A stretch of DNA of 64,000 nt from a virus. Position 1 is the stretch's first letter, and each line of letters opens with the position of its first letter. The position numbers and the translations under genes are program-made. The notes below the pieces were generated by a model. The model was not told where the DNA came from. It did not search any database and saw only the letters and a program-made list of their open reading frames with translations. Shown one piece after another: positions 8,053 to 18,070 of the stretch. The stretch lies in IMG/VR virus record IMGVR_UViG_3300004241_000002. One strand, given 5' to 3'.

Positions 8053-9240
8053 ATGGCCAAATCAAATAGAGTCAATACTAAACAAACAAAAGACGAATTA
8101 GAAATATCAGGTGATATAAAATCTACAAGAAAATATGCAGAAAATATTATACTTGATAGATTTCTAAAAAAAGCAAAAGTCAACTTATCTATATGGAAAG
8201 TAGACAGGTATCAAATTGGTTCCTGGGATGTTACTATGAAATTAGATAAAGGTAAAGACAGTCCTAAATTTCCAAAAACAGTAACTAACTATAATATAAA
8301 AGTATGGTTAAAAAAAGAGATTATTAATCTCGAAGAATCTTTAACAAATTTAGTTAAAACTATACCATTATTTCAATATTCTTCTACAATGCCCATGACA
8401 AGAGATCAAAATGGTATTGCATTAGAAATAGCTACATTAGATGCTCATTTTGGAAAATTAGCATGGTTAATGGAAACAGGTTATAGAAATTATGATACTA
8501 AAATATCATTAGAAGATTATGCATATGTTACAGATAAACATTTACAATGGTCTTCTAATTTTAAAGTAAGTAAAATATATTATATAATTGGACAAGACAT
8601 ATTTCATATTGATAATATGGAAGGACGTACTACAAATGGCGAACATTCGTTAGATGTAGATGGTAGAATAACTAAAATTCAAGATAAATCTTTTGAAATT
8701 ATAGTTAAAAATATATATGCTTGTAGAGCAGTTGCTCCAGTTGAGATCATATGGTCTCCTGGTAATCATGATTACTTAGCATCATATATGTTATGCTTTG
8801 CATTAAAGGAGCATTTTAGAAAAGACGAATATGTTACTGTAGATATAGGTAAAAATCCAAGAAAAGCCAGATTATGGGGTAACCTACTAGTAGGATGGAC
8901 ACATCGTATAACAGGACGATATAATAACTGGGGAAATGAATTAGCTCAAGCTTTCCCAGAACTGTGGAGCAAATCTATATTTAGAGAATGGCACCATGGA
9001 GATCAACATAAAAAACAAGATATAAAGTCTGTTCCAGTATTCACAAGTGGTGGTGTATTGTGTAGACAATTAACTGCATTATCCCCCGTAGACAGATGGC
9101 ATTTTGATAATTTATTTACAGATGCTATTCCAGGTGGTGAATCATTTTTATGGTCTGCTTCAGAAGGCATATTTGCAAATTTCATAGCATGGACTGGGCA
9201 ATATGAAAAGAACAGAGATTATCTCATAAACAAAGAATAG
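8053..9240 (+). CDS. calcineurin-like metallophosphoesterase (possible SbcD/Mre11-type nuclease)
   Basis: Ordered motifs LDAHFG (DxH), GQDIFHIDN (GD) and PGNHDY (GNHD). Confidence 0.6.
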   Translation: MAKSNRVNTKQTKDELEISGDIKSTRKYAENIILDRFLKKAKVNLSIWKVDRYQIGSWDVTMKLDKGKDSPKFPKTVTNYNIKVWLKKEIINLEESLTNLVKTIPLFQYSSTMPMTRDQNGIALEIATLDAHFGKLAWLMETGYRNYDTKISLEDYAYVTDKHLQWSSNFKVSKIYYIIGQDIFHIDNMEGRTTNGEHSLDVDGRITKIQDKSFEIIVKNIYACRAVAPVEIIWSPGNHDYLASYMLCFALKEHFRKDEYVTVDIGKNPRKARLWGNLLVGWTHRITGRYNNWGNELAQAFPELWSKSIFREWHHGDQHKKQDIKSVPVFTSGGVLCRQLTALSPVDRWHFDNLFTDAIPGGESFLWSASEGIFANFIAWTGQYEKNRDYLINKE

Positions 9241-9266
9241 TAATACTTACTACTCAGAGTATTACT
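9239..9266 (+). other. 9-bp perfect AT-rich hairpin after the phosphoesterase gene
   Basis: AGTAATACT (9239-9247) pairs with AGTATTACT (9258-9266) across a 10-nt loop. No immediate T-run. Confidence 0.3.
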
Positions 9267-9274
9267 GTAAGGAA

Positions 9275-9718
9275 GTGATTTTTAAAATGAATATTAATTA
9301 TCAAAAATATAAGAACATGTCAAACGATAAAAAAATTGAAAAATATCTGCAGATCCTGCAATTACGTGCTAGACTGACAGAATTAACTGAAGCCAGGGCT
9401 TATCTTGGTAACACTCAGTATTTCTCTACCAGGCGTAGGGTTTTAGCACAGGCTATTGAAGCTGCCGTATTAGACCTTCTTGGTCTTCAGCAAAAGTTAG
9501 CTCGTCCCATAAAGACTGTAGTTGTAGAAGTTGAACGCGAAGTTGGAAATGATTTCAGCTTTGGTGATATGGAATTATCTGTTGAAAAGTCGTTAGTAAA
9601 CGAAGAACAGTTTAATCCTGTTAATTCAATTGCACGAGCATTTGGAATTCAGATTCCGAAGGATATGTCTAATGTAGACCAGTATCTCGTAACTGAGATA
9701 AGGGGCTTACTTAGATAA
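9275..9718 (+). CDS. hypothetical protein (about 143-147 aa)
   Basis: ORF with higher G+C than its surroundings. The listed start is GTG 9275; ATG 9287 is more likely. Confidence 0.5.
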   Translation: MIFKMNINYQKYKNMSNDKKIEKYLQILQLRARLTELTEARAYLGNTQYFSTRRRVLAQAIEAAVLDLLGLQQKLARPIKTVVVEVEREVGNDFSFGDMELSVEKSLVNEEQFNPVNSIARAFGIQIPKDMSNVDQYLVTEIRGLLR

Positions 9719-9752
9719 GGAAGGTTAGGGGGCTACGGCCCCCTTCCTTTTA
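9719..9752 (+). terminator. intrinsic terminator
   Basis: GGGGGC (9728-9733) pairs with GCCCCC (9738-9743) around a TACG loop. Outer AAGG/CCTT pairing, then TTTT. Confidence 0.7.
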
Positions 9753-9763
9753 TACTATAGGTT

Positions 9764-12223
9764 ATGAGTAATTGCATATTTCCTATGGTTAATGCATGGG
9801 TAAGTAAAAAACCAGTAAAATACTGGAGAGCTTTTACACCGAGAGACATACCACATCATGACTCAAAACAAAAAGCTGTATTATTCTATGAATGGAATGA
9901 TAAAGGTAAATTTTGGGGAATTAATTCATTACCTGCTCCTAGTCGTTCTTGGTCTTATAATAATATCAAGAATATAATAGCCAGAGGAAATAAATTAATA
10001 AAAGGTGGTATACACGAAACTGTTATTGTAGAAGTACATCCTAAGTTTAGGATAGGAAAATACAAAAATATTGAAATTCTTAATATATATTCTGAAAATA
10101 CACAGTGGAGGAGCGATCTTACATATAAAATATATGAAACACAATATTATATTAAGTATAATAATAATGTAACAATAGTAACAGAAACAGAATTAATTAA
10201 TATGACAACAAAGTCAAATTGTTGCTTTGTTTATACTTATCAGAAAGGTAAAAATACCTTTTTACATATAAAAAGTAAAACAAATGACCCTCAACGGGAG
10301 AAAAAACAAGTTATTGACATATTATCTACACCAGGTTTAAAATTTCATTTTCCAACTAATCCATCTTTTCAGTATAATAAGTTATCAGGAGAAGAATGGA
10401 AGTATATATCTACAGATAATCTTCCTAAGAAAGTATGGAATATAGCAAAAGCTAGTCAACCTACTGTAGAATATGACAATGATAAAAATGTATATAACAT
10501 GCATTTTACCTTCATGAATTTAAAAAAATATTATGAAGGACAAATTGCTAAAATTAAATCATCCAATATACGAGATGATTTAGATTCAGCATTTTTAAAG
10601 GCTGCTATGACAAATCGTACAAAAACAGCCTCATCCCACAATAGAAACAGGAGTAAAGTATCCGGACGCCGGTATAAAAGGTCTTTACGGGATGATTCTT
10701 CTAAGGAACATCATAAACACGATGCGAAAGAAGAAACAGTATATGTAACGTATACTAAACAAGAAAAGAAGTTCAAAAAAGTACCTGAAGATTTAATTAT
10801 ACATAAAAAAAAGCTTACTGTTTCGCGAAAAGAAGTAACTTTTGAAGATGCAGAAATATTTCAAAGGTGCCCAAGATGGGCTGCTTTAAAACTTCAGGTA
10901 CAAAATCCTGATGTCAAAATTTTAACAATACTGGAATACAACAAGTTGCGATCCACTAAATATCAGAAAGATAAATCTGCGGAGTCTATCTTGCATCCTG
11001 AAGGAACTTTCAACAGAAAGTTACGAAGATTAGAGAAAGGTAAGAATAGAAAACGTAGTAGAGTAGTTCATACTCAATATGTTTCTAGAGAAATTAGTGA
11101 TAATAAAATAGGAAATTATCCCCATGCCAAACATGCAAATGTAGACGGGGATAAATTTATTACACCTAGTAGTATAACTGGTGCTGTTATAAAAGTCGGT
11201 AATAGGTTAGTTGCAAAAGACTCACTTAAACCAATCTATCATCATGTGAAAAACGATAATAGAATAATAACGAAGCATAATGCTAAAAAGCAAACTGTTT
11301 CGCCTCTATTGCAAGAATTAAAAGACAAATATGGCTCTAGTGATAGACGCTATACTAATAATTCTGATGTAGAAAATTGGTCTATACAATTCTTTGTAGT
11401 ACTTAGGATGATAAAAGACCAGGAGCGTCATAAAAAAGTAATAAATTACATTACTAAGAAATGTGGATTCTCTAATGAATTTGCCGAAGGGCTCGTTAAG
11501 TATCTACAATTGACTAGGAATGGCGATCCAACAAGAGAACATAAACGGAACCCTGTAGTACGTTATAAGCGTATAAAGGTAACAAAGCCCCATTTACAAA
11601 TTAATAGTCCTGATCCCAGGCAACCCATTGTCATAGAACATGAAGTTGCTAATGAAGATGAGGGTGGTGTAAAAAACATAATCACAGAAAATGCTTATGT
11701 TAGATATAATAAAAAGAGCGGATTGAAGTTCTTTACATATAATTTAGAAACCAACGAACACATATTCGTATGTGACGCTAAAACTATTAAGAAGTGGGTT
11801 TATGTTCAAGAGTATAAAGAAGATATTAACAAAGCCAAATGGCATGAGTTAGTAACTGTATCTACTAAAGAAGTAGATGCTATTCAAAATATTCCATTTA
11901 GATTAGAAAGAAGAGTAAAAGGCGGTAGACCAAAGAAATGGCTAAGCCCAATACCATCAGATAAAACAGTCAAGTATATAATAAAATTGTTACTTGCTCA
12001 CAAGAAAAATAACAATGATATACTGTTATATTCTACAATACTTAATAAAGTTATGAACGAATATAAAGATAGTACTGATCTATATGAAAAATTGAGATTT
12101 ACTTTATACCATAATTATAGTGATTTAGGTAAATATATTGTTACAAAGATAAAGGCAAACAAAATGGATGACCCAGATCTTGTAACATTCATGGAAGACC
12201 TAATGAACCCCCATTTTAATTAA
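9764..12223 (+). CDS. large basic hypothetical protein (819 aa)
   Basis: Long uninterrupted ORF with Lys/Arg-rich tracts (NRNRSKVSGRRYKRSLR, KLRRLEKGKNRKRSR). No catalytic motif recognised. Confidence 0.6.
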   Translation: MSNCIFPMVNAWVSKKPVKYWRAFTPRDIPHHDSKQKAVLFYEWNDKGKFWGINSLPAPSRSWSYNNIKNIIARGNKLIKGGIHETVIVEVHPKFRIGKYKNIEILNIYSENTQWRSDLTYKIYETQYYIKYNNNVTIVTETELINMTTKSNCCFVYTYQKGKNTFLHIKSKTNDPQREKKQVIDILSTPGLKFHFPTNPSFQYNKLSGEEWKYISTDNLPKKVWNIAKASQPTVEYDNDKNVYNMHFTFMNLKKYYEGQIAKIKSSNIRDDLDSAFLKAAMTNRTKTASSHNRNRSKVSGRRYKRSLRDDSSKEHHKHDAKEETVYVTYTKQEKKFKKVPEDLIIHKKKLTVSRKEVTFEDAEIFQRCPRWAALKLQVQNPDVKILTILEYNKLRSTKYQKDKSAESILHPEGTFNRKLRRLEKGKNRKRSRVVHTQYVSREISDNKIGNYPHAKHANVDGDKFITPSSITGAVIKVGNRLVAKDSLKPIYHHVKNDNRIITKHNAKKQTVSPLLQELKDKYGSSDRRYTNNSDVENWSIQFFVVLRMIKDQERHKKVINYITKKCGFSNEFAEGLVKYLQLTRNGDPTREHKRNPVVRYKRIKVTKPHLQINSPDPRQPIVIEHEVANEDEGGVKNIITENAYVRYNKKSGLKFFTYNLETNEHIFVCDAKTIKKWVYVQEYKEDINKAKWHELVTVSTKEVDAIQNIPFRLERRVKGGRPKKWLSPIPSDKTVKYIIKLLLAHKKNNNDILLYSTILNKVMNEYKDSTDLYEKLRFTLYHNYSDLGKYIVTKIKANKMDDPDLVTFMEDLMNPHFN

Positions 12224-12231
12224 GGCCACTA

Positions 12232-12309
12232 AGAGCCCTTCTAGGCAACGATTAACTTTAAGTTAATTATATACACAGGTTAGATCCTGGACTGCATGAG
12301 AAGGGCTCT
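12232..12309 (+). promoter_or_regulatory. 11-bp perfect inverted repeat bracketing the intergenic region and first ATG of the polymerase gene
   Basis: AGAGCCCTTCT (12232-12242) is the reverse complement of AGAAGGGCTCT (12299-12309). Confidence 0.35.
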
Positions 12310-14179
12310 AATGCCTTTTAAATACGAAACTATGAACATTTACGTATATGACATAGAAGTAATGATAAATTACTTTGCTGTAATATTTAAAAACGTAAAT
12401 AGTCAAACCATAAAAGAATTCATTGTATACAAAACAAGAAATGATATAGATGATTTATATGCTTTTTTAGATGCTAGTAAAAACGATTGGATAGTAGGAT
12501 ATAACTCCTTTAACTATGATGATCAGATAATGGCATTTATATATAATAACTATGATCGATTATTTAAATATGAATTCGCTGAAAATATTACTGCGTTATT
12601 ACATGCTTTATCAAATGATATAATATCAGATGATAAAAGACAAAAAGATTACAACATACCATTTCAAGGAATAGACCTAATGAAAGTAGGTAACTTACTA
12701 CATAAATCATTAAAACTTGTAGCAGTTAACCTTGAGTGGCATAAAATACAAGACCTACCATTAAAACATACTGTGATGGTAGAAGAAAAAGACTTACAGT
12801 TATTACATGAGTATAACCTTAATGATGTACTCATAACAGAACAATTATATATAAAGTTAAAAGATGCTTTAACATTACGTTGGGAAATTAGTCAGAAATA
12901 TAGAATAAATGTCATATCAGAAAGTAAGAGTGGCATGGCTAATAGACTATTAGAAAAACTATACTCTGAAAAAACAGGTATACCTGTAAAGGAACTCAAA
13001 AAAATGAGAACCAATAGAGAGATAATACATTTTGAAAACGTAGTACTACCAGAGATTAACTTTCAGACACCAGAATTAAATGTTATATTATACAAACTAT
13101 TAAGATCTGTATATTATAAAGGACAGCCTTTTATACGAAGAAACATACCATATAATGGTGTAATCTATAAAATGGGATTTGGTGGATTACATTCTGATGA
13201 TAAACCTGGTTCATTTGAAGCTACTGAAACTGAAGATATAATTGATTGTGATATTTCTTCAATGTATCCAACATTAATAATTAATTATGATTTTGTGCCT
13301 GCTCATTTAGGTTCTAATTTTATAACCTTATATAGAGAAATAAGAGATAGAAGACTTGCTGCTAAACATGCTGGTCAAATGAATGAAAGCGACACATTAA
13401 AAATTACAATTAATAGTGTATTTGGTAAAACTGGTAATGAAAATCACTGGTTGTATGACCCTTTAGTAACATTAAGGACTACAATTAATGGTCAATTATT
13501 TATGTTAATGCTTATAGAAAGATTAACAATGGCTGGCTTTAAAGTTATATCCGCCAATACAGACGGCGTGATAACTATTGTACCAAAAGATAAAAGAGAA
13601 TTATATGATAGTATATGCAATATATGGTGTGAAGAAACAAAATTTGAATTGGAATTCACAGAATATAAAAGATATATAAGAAAGGATGTTAATAACTACA
13701 TTGCTATAACTAAGGAAGATAAGATTAAAGTCAAAGGAGACTTTATTCAGAAAATGGAATTAGAAAAAGGTGTAGACAAACCTATTATTGCAAAAGCATT
13801 ATATGACTATTTTGTTAATGGTATTAAACCAGAAGAAACAGTTAAAAATTGTAATGATATATTAAAATATTGTGCTGCTAAAAAGATTGACTCTAAATTT
13901 GAGAATTATCTATATTATATAGAAGATTATGAATTAAAGAGAAAGCCTTTACAAGATACAGTACGATTTTATATATCAAAGTCTGGTTATCAATTATATA
14001 AAGTTGATAAGAAAACAGACGAAAAGATTAACTATTGTGTAGGATTTAACGTTAGATTATTAAATGATGTAGATAAAAATACACCATTTGAAGAATATGG
14101 CGTTAATAAGAATTACTATATATCAGAAATATATAAAGTAATCAATCAAATTGAAGACAAACAACTCAAATTATTTTAA
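12296..14179 (+). CDS. family B DNA polymerase with 3'-5' exonuclease domain
   Basis: ExoI YVYDIEV, ExoII NSFNYDDQ, ExoIII YNLNDV, motif A DCDISSMYPT, motif B KITINSVFGKTG, motif C SANTDGV, VKGDF. Alternative starts at 12311 or 12332. Confidence 0.9.
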   Translation: MRRALMPFKYETMNIYVYDIEVMINYFAVIFKNVNSQTIKEFIVYKTRNDIDDLYAFLDASKNDWIVGYNSFNYDDQIMAFIYNNYDRLFKYEFAENITALLHALSNDIISDDKRQKDYNIPFQGIDLMKVGNLLHKSLKLVAVNLEWHKIQDLPLKHTVMVEEKDLQLLHEYNLNDVLITEQLYIKLKDALTLRWEISQKYRINVISESKSGMANRLLEKLYSEKTGIPVKELKKMRTNREIIHFENVVLPEINFQTPELNVILYKLLRSVYYKGQPFIRRNIPYNGVIYKMGFGGLHSDDKPGSFEATETEDIIDCDISSMYPTLIINYDFVPAHLGSNFITLYREIRDRRLAAKHAGQMNESDTLKITINSVFGKTGNENHWLYDPLVTLRTTINGQLFMLMLIERLTMAGFKVISANTDGVITIVPKDKRELYDSICNIWCEETKFELEFTEYKRYIRKDVNNYIAITKEDKIKVKGDFIQKMELEKGVDKPIIAKALYDYFVNGIKPEETVKNCNDILKYCAAKKIDSKFENYLYYIEDYELKRKPLQDTVRFYISKSGYQLYKVDKKTDEKINYCVGFNVRLLNDVDKNTPFEEYGVNKNYYISEIYKVINQIEDKQLKLF

Positions 14180-14180
14180 A

Positions 14181-14519
14181 ATGTCTAACAAACAATTATA
14201 TAGGTCTTTATTATCTGATAAAGTAGGAGAAATTCTACATCAGATAAACGCAGAAGACAAAAAGAAAGAAGAACAACGTACTCATAAAATGATTGAGAAC
14301 CTTGTTATAGCTAGAAGGAAGCAACCATCTATTGAAGATGCAAGAGTATATATTGAAATACTAAAACAGGAATATCCATTGTTTATGGATATGTCTGATT
14401 GGCATATTGCTCGATTGTTATTATCAGAATTAGATGTTCGTATGGAACCTCGATTAGTGGCTTTGTCATTAAATAGAATACCTTATAGTCTATATAAAAC
14501 AATAACTTACATGAGATAA
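14181..14519 (+). CDS. hypothetical protein (112 aa)
   Basis: ATG at 14181 lies directly after the polymerase stop. The listed start at 14151 would overlap the polymerase gene. Confidence 0.5.
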   Translation: MSNKQLYRSLLSDKVGEILHQINAEDKKKEEQRTHKMIENLVIARRKQPSIEDARVYIEILKQEYPLFMDMSDWHIARLLLSELDVRMEPRLVALSLNRIPYSLYKTITYMR

Positions 14520-15050
14520 ATGCTTATAACACTTAATACAGATTCTATAAAACAGCTTAATGTTCAATTAGAACATTATATTTTTCTATTATTAGCTGCT
14601 GAACAAAAACAGGATCTATTTGATCATTATTTTTCAAAAGATACCAGAGATGTCCTATTAAAAGAGGATTTAATAGAAAATGTAGAAGAGTGCAAGTTAA
14701 CAGAAAAAGCAAAAAATATTGTTTATGGTGATAACCTTTTTAAAGAGTTCACAAATGAATTCCCACAAAAAGTCACCAGAACAGATGGAACAGTCGATTT
14801 TCTAAGAACTGATTTGGTCAATGCAGAAAATTTATATCTGAGCTATGTTGGCCGTAGCAGAGACAAACATAATCATATCATAAAATGTCTGAAAGCTGAA
14901 GTAAAGCAACGTGAAGGAAACGGATCAATGCCTTATATGAAGCGAATCTTTACGTGGTTAGCCAGCAAAGGCTGGCAATCATATGAAGATATAGTTGATG
15001 AAGTATTAACTTCCAATAAAGACTTGGGATATGGAACAACGCTTGTCTAA
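14520..15050 (+). CDS. hypothetical protein (176 aa)
   Basis: ORF abutting the previous stop. Confidence 0.5.
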   Translation: MLITLNTDSIKQLNVQLEHYIFLLLAAEQKQDLFDHYFSKDTRDVLLKEDLIENVEECKLTEKAKNIVYGDNLFKEFTNEFPQKVTRTDGTVDFLRTDLVNAENLYLSYVGRSRDKHNHIIKCLKAEVKQREGNGSMPYMKRIFTWLASKGWQSYEDIVDEVLTSNKDLGYGTTLV

Positions 15051-15978
15051 CGACAAAACCCCACAATTAAAGCATATTTCTAAAGCCGCTGAAGAGATAG
15101 TGTCGTATATTGACAATCGTCGTAAAGGCATTGTTACATCACTAAAAACAAAGTGGACTAAGTTTAATCATGCTACTATGGGAGGAATTGAACCCAATAT
15201 CATTATGACCATCGCTGGTATTAGTGGTAGTGGTAAATCGTCCTTTGTAAACAGTTTAGAAACCGATTTAGTTGATCTGAACAAGAGCGAAGACCTCATA
15301 ATCTTATCATTTAATTTTGAAATGTTAAGTAGTAAGCAAGTAGGTAGGAAACTATCTTACAAACTTACTAAGACTACTGGAGAATTATATTCCAGTGGAT
15401 ATGATGGAGATCCTGTATCAGATAATTTATTTGAAGTAATTGAAAAAGAAGCAGAACATATAAAACATTATCCCGTATATTATGTAGATGTACCATGCAC
15501 AGTGGATCAGATACATGATACTATACGTAAATTTCAATTTAGCGAGAAAACTAAAGATAAATGGCTAGTAGTAATACTTGACCATACTTTGTTAACTCGT
15601 GGAAGAGCAGGAGAACAGGAAAGGGAAACCTTGGCAAACCTGCAAAAAGTCTTTATGGAAGTAAAGAAAACCGGTAAAACTACCGTTATTCAACTTAGTC
15701 AAATGAATAGGGATATTGAGTCGTCTGAAAGGATAACCAATCAAGCTATGCATTTTCCAATGAGACGTGATTTATTTGGATCTGATTCTTTATTTCAAGC
15801 CTCAGATTACGTAATTGTCCTCCACCGCCCTGAATTATTAGGTATAAAAAGTTATTCTCCAAATAATTGGCCTGTACAAAACAAAATATACATGCATTTC
15901 CTAAAAATCAGGGAAGGTGAACCTAAAATACTAAGTTTTATAAATAATCTTAAGTATAACAGAATTGACGAATATTAA
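15031..15978 (+). CDS. DnaB-like (SF4) replicative helicase, RecA-like domain
   Basis: Walker A GISGSGKSS, Walker B VVILDH, QLSQMNR segment. Confidence 0.75.
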   Translation: MEQRLSNDKTPQLKHISKAAEEIVSYIDNRRKGIVTSLKTKWTKFNHATMGGIEPNIIMTIAGISGSGKSSFVNSLETDLVDLNKSEDLIILSFNFEMLSSKQVGRKLSYKLTKTTGELYSSGYDGDPVSDNLFEVIEKEAEHIKHYPVYYVDVPCTVDQIHDTIRKFQFSEKTKDKWLVVILDHTLLTRGRAGEQERETLANLQKVFMEVKKTGKTTVIQLSQMNRDIESSERITNQAMHFPMRRDLFGSDSLFQASDYVIVLHRPELLGIKSYSPNNWPVQNKIYMHFLKIREGEPKILSFINNLKYNRIDEY

Positions 15979-16564
15979 CAAATTTTTTAACATATTTATG
16001 AACAATAGAATTGCGATAATATTAGACGATATAACTCAGGCAAAAAAACAAGGTTGCTGGGCAAAGTTTAAGAATTTATTAAAAAGAAAGGTTCGTAAGA
16101 ACCAAAGACATCCTATTCTTTCATTACAAAACGGGGATGCCTTAATACTTGAACTTGATGATACGCAAGCTTCGTATTATGCTGAAAGAGACTACTTACA
16201 GTTATTAACCAATGGTTATGTAAGGTCGCCTTTAGCAACATTAGTGCCTGAAGAAAATACATTTTTCTTTATGAAGAATTATAACCAAATTTTTGAATTA
16301 TTACAGAATTTACTTGATCTTGAAGATGACGAACAGGGAGTAATCCGTGTTGTTGTTCAGGAACCCGTAAGGCGTGTAAAACCTGTAATTCGCTTTAGGG
16401 CGCAAATAAAAGAAAAGATTACCATTTTTGAACGGTTTGTTAAGATTGGTTGGAATACTTACAAACGTAAGTACAGCTTCCTTAACAATTGTGATTTCAT
16501 CGAAGTAGACGGAACAGTGTTCTACATTAAGATGGATCGTTACGGAAATGAATATCTTGCTTAA
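15965..16564 (+). CDS. hypothetical protein (188-199 aa)
   Basis: ORF only. Alternative start at 15998. Confidence 0.5.
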   Translation: MTNINKFFNIFMNNRIAIILDDITQAKKQGCWAKFKNLLKRKVRKNQRHPILSLQNGDALILELDDTQASYYAERDYLQLLTNGYVRSPLATLVPEENTFFFMKNYNQIFELLQNLLDLEDDEQGVIRVVVQEPVRRVKPVIRFRAQIKEKITIFERFVKIGWNTYKRKYSFLNNCDFIEVDGTVFYIKMDRYGNEYLA

Positions 16565-16704
16565 TTAATAATCATGTCGCTATACACGGCTACGGTTAAG
16601 GTTATTCACCGCCTTCCAAAAGCAAAGAATATGCTACCGAGGTAAGAAATTAACCCAAGAGCAATTTCGGTTACTTAACTAGTGACTATTAATATAAACA
16701 AAAA

Positions 16705-17364
16705 ATGTCAACACCCTATCAGATAGCTTTAGTAGGTATGTCTGGTAAGGGAAAAACAATGGCTTTACGTGATATGGATCCCAACACATGTGGATTCATA
16801 AATGCTGAAAGCAAACCATTACCTTTTATCAACAAATTTAAACATTACTGTACTCCTAACAGTTGGCAGGAAACTTATCAGAAACTTATCGAATATGGCA
16901 AAAACCCAGAGATTACGGAAGTGGTACTGGACAGTTTTTCCGCTTACATTGACAGCTTGCTTAAAACAGCAAGAGAAATAAAAAAAGGTTTCGATACCTG
17001 GAATTACTACAACGAAGAAATAGGTAAACTTATGTTTCTTATTAAGAAATATCCAAAAGATATAATCGTTACAGCACATTCGGCAAATGTCGAAACAGAA
17101 GAAGGCGTTGCAGAAAGACGTATTGCTGTTAAAGGCAATGAATGGAATAAAACTGGTGTAGAAAAAGATTTTACTATTGTGTTATTTGCAGAAGTTAGTC
17201 TTAACTCTGGTAAAAGAGAATATACATTAAATCTCTTATCAGATGGAAAGACATCTGCAAAAACCCCACCTATTTTCATAGAAGAGGGGAAAGAATCTAT
17301 ACCAAACAACGCACAGACTTTTTTACAACACATAAGAAAAGTACTAGCTAACAATAATAATTAG
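16705..17364 (+). CDS. RecA-fold ATPase (Sak4-like / AAA_24-like)
   Basis: Walker A VGMSGKGKT near the N-terminus and Walker B VVLDSFS. Size and position next to an SSB-like gene fit this call. Confidence 0.6.
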   Translation: MSTPYQIALVGMSGKGKTMALRDMDPNTCGFINAESKPLPFINKFKHYCTPNSWQETYQKLIEYGKNPEITEVVLDSFSAYIDSLLKTAREIKKGFDTWNYYNEEIGKLMFLIKKYPKDIIVTAHSANVETEEGVAERRIAVKGNEWNKTGVEKDFTIVLFAEVSLNSGKREYTLNLLSDGKTSAKTPPIFIEEGKESIPNNAQTFLQHIRKVLANNNN

Positions 17365-17384
17365 GAATTTTAAAAACATCGCAC

Positions 17385-18035
17385 ATGTATAATGTAACAA
17401 AAGATATTAATTCGGAGAGCAGGTCAAACAACTTTATGGGACCTGGTATCCATGAGAATGCAGAACTTAAGCATAGTGAAGAAGGCAAATATCCTATTGT
17501 ATATGGCGAATCAAAAAGAGGTAACAAGTTTGCAGCCTTTCATTTTGTAAATGATAAAGGAGAAATATTGATCCATACTGAGTATGAACCCTCAGATGAA
17601 GATCATGAGAAACTTGAGAACAAAACATTAAATCAGATCAAGAGGTTTAAACATATAATTACGAAGTTTGTACCCGAAGAAAATTTTATCTTTGAGGCAA
17701 CAAATTTTGAAGATTTTGTTAATAAATCTATCCAAATACTAGGAACTAACTATGTTGGTAGAAAATTAAGAATTAAGGTTGTACTTAACTCTAATGATTA
17801 TACCACATTGCCAAATTATGTACCTTTTATTGAAACTATGGAAGTAACTAAAAGTAAACTTTCAATAAATACTGCTATGGATAAAGTAGTAAAAGAAGGC
17901 CGACCAGACGTAGAGGTTGCATCGGGTGTAAATCCTTTTGCACAGCCTATCGAAGTAGCAGATGCTACTGGAGAGTATGGAGCCAATGTCCAACCGACAA
18001 TGGATTCTGATACAGCTGAGAACTTACCTTTCTAA
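17385..18035 (+). CDS. putative single-stranded DNA-binding protein
   Basis: Acidic C-terminal tail ending DSDTAENLPF, which resembles the SSB tip D-(I/L)-P-F. Sits between the recombination ATPase and the primase. The OB fold was not verifiable by eye. Confidence 0.45.
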   Translation: MYNVTKDINSESRSNNFMGPGIHENAELKHSEEGKYPIVYGESKRGNKFAAFHFVNDKGEILIHTEYEPSDEDHEKLENKTLNQIKRFKHIITKFVPEENFIFEATNFEDFVNKSIQILGTNYVGRKLRIKVVLNSNDYTTLPNYVPFIETMEVTKSKLSINTAMDKVVKEGRPDVEVASGVNPFAQPIEVADATGEYGANVQPTMDSDTAENLPF

Positions 18036-18043
18036 TATAATTA

Positions 18044-18061
18044 GGGGGTGGCAACACCCCC
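18044..18061 (+). terminator. G+C hairpin with GCAA loop after the SSB-like gene
   Basis: GGGGGTG-GCAA-CACCCCC. The downstream T-run is weak. Confidence 0.4.
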
Positions 18062-18070
18062 TGCTATATT

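Noticed and set aside
9764-14179. Protein-primed replication, with the large basic protein directly upstream of a roughly 630-aa PolB acting as a terminal protein
   Set aside because: The same block encodes a DnaG-like primase and a DnaB-like helicase, which argues for RNA-primed replication. I could not identify TPR1/TPR2-type insertions by eye.
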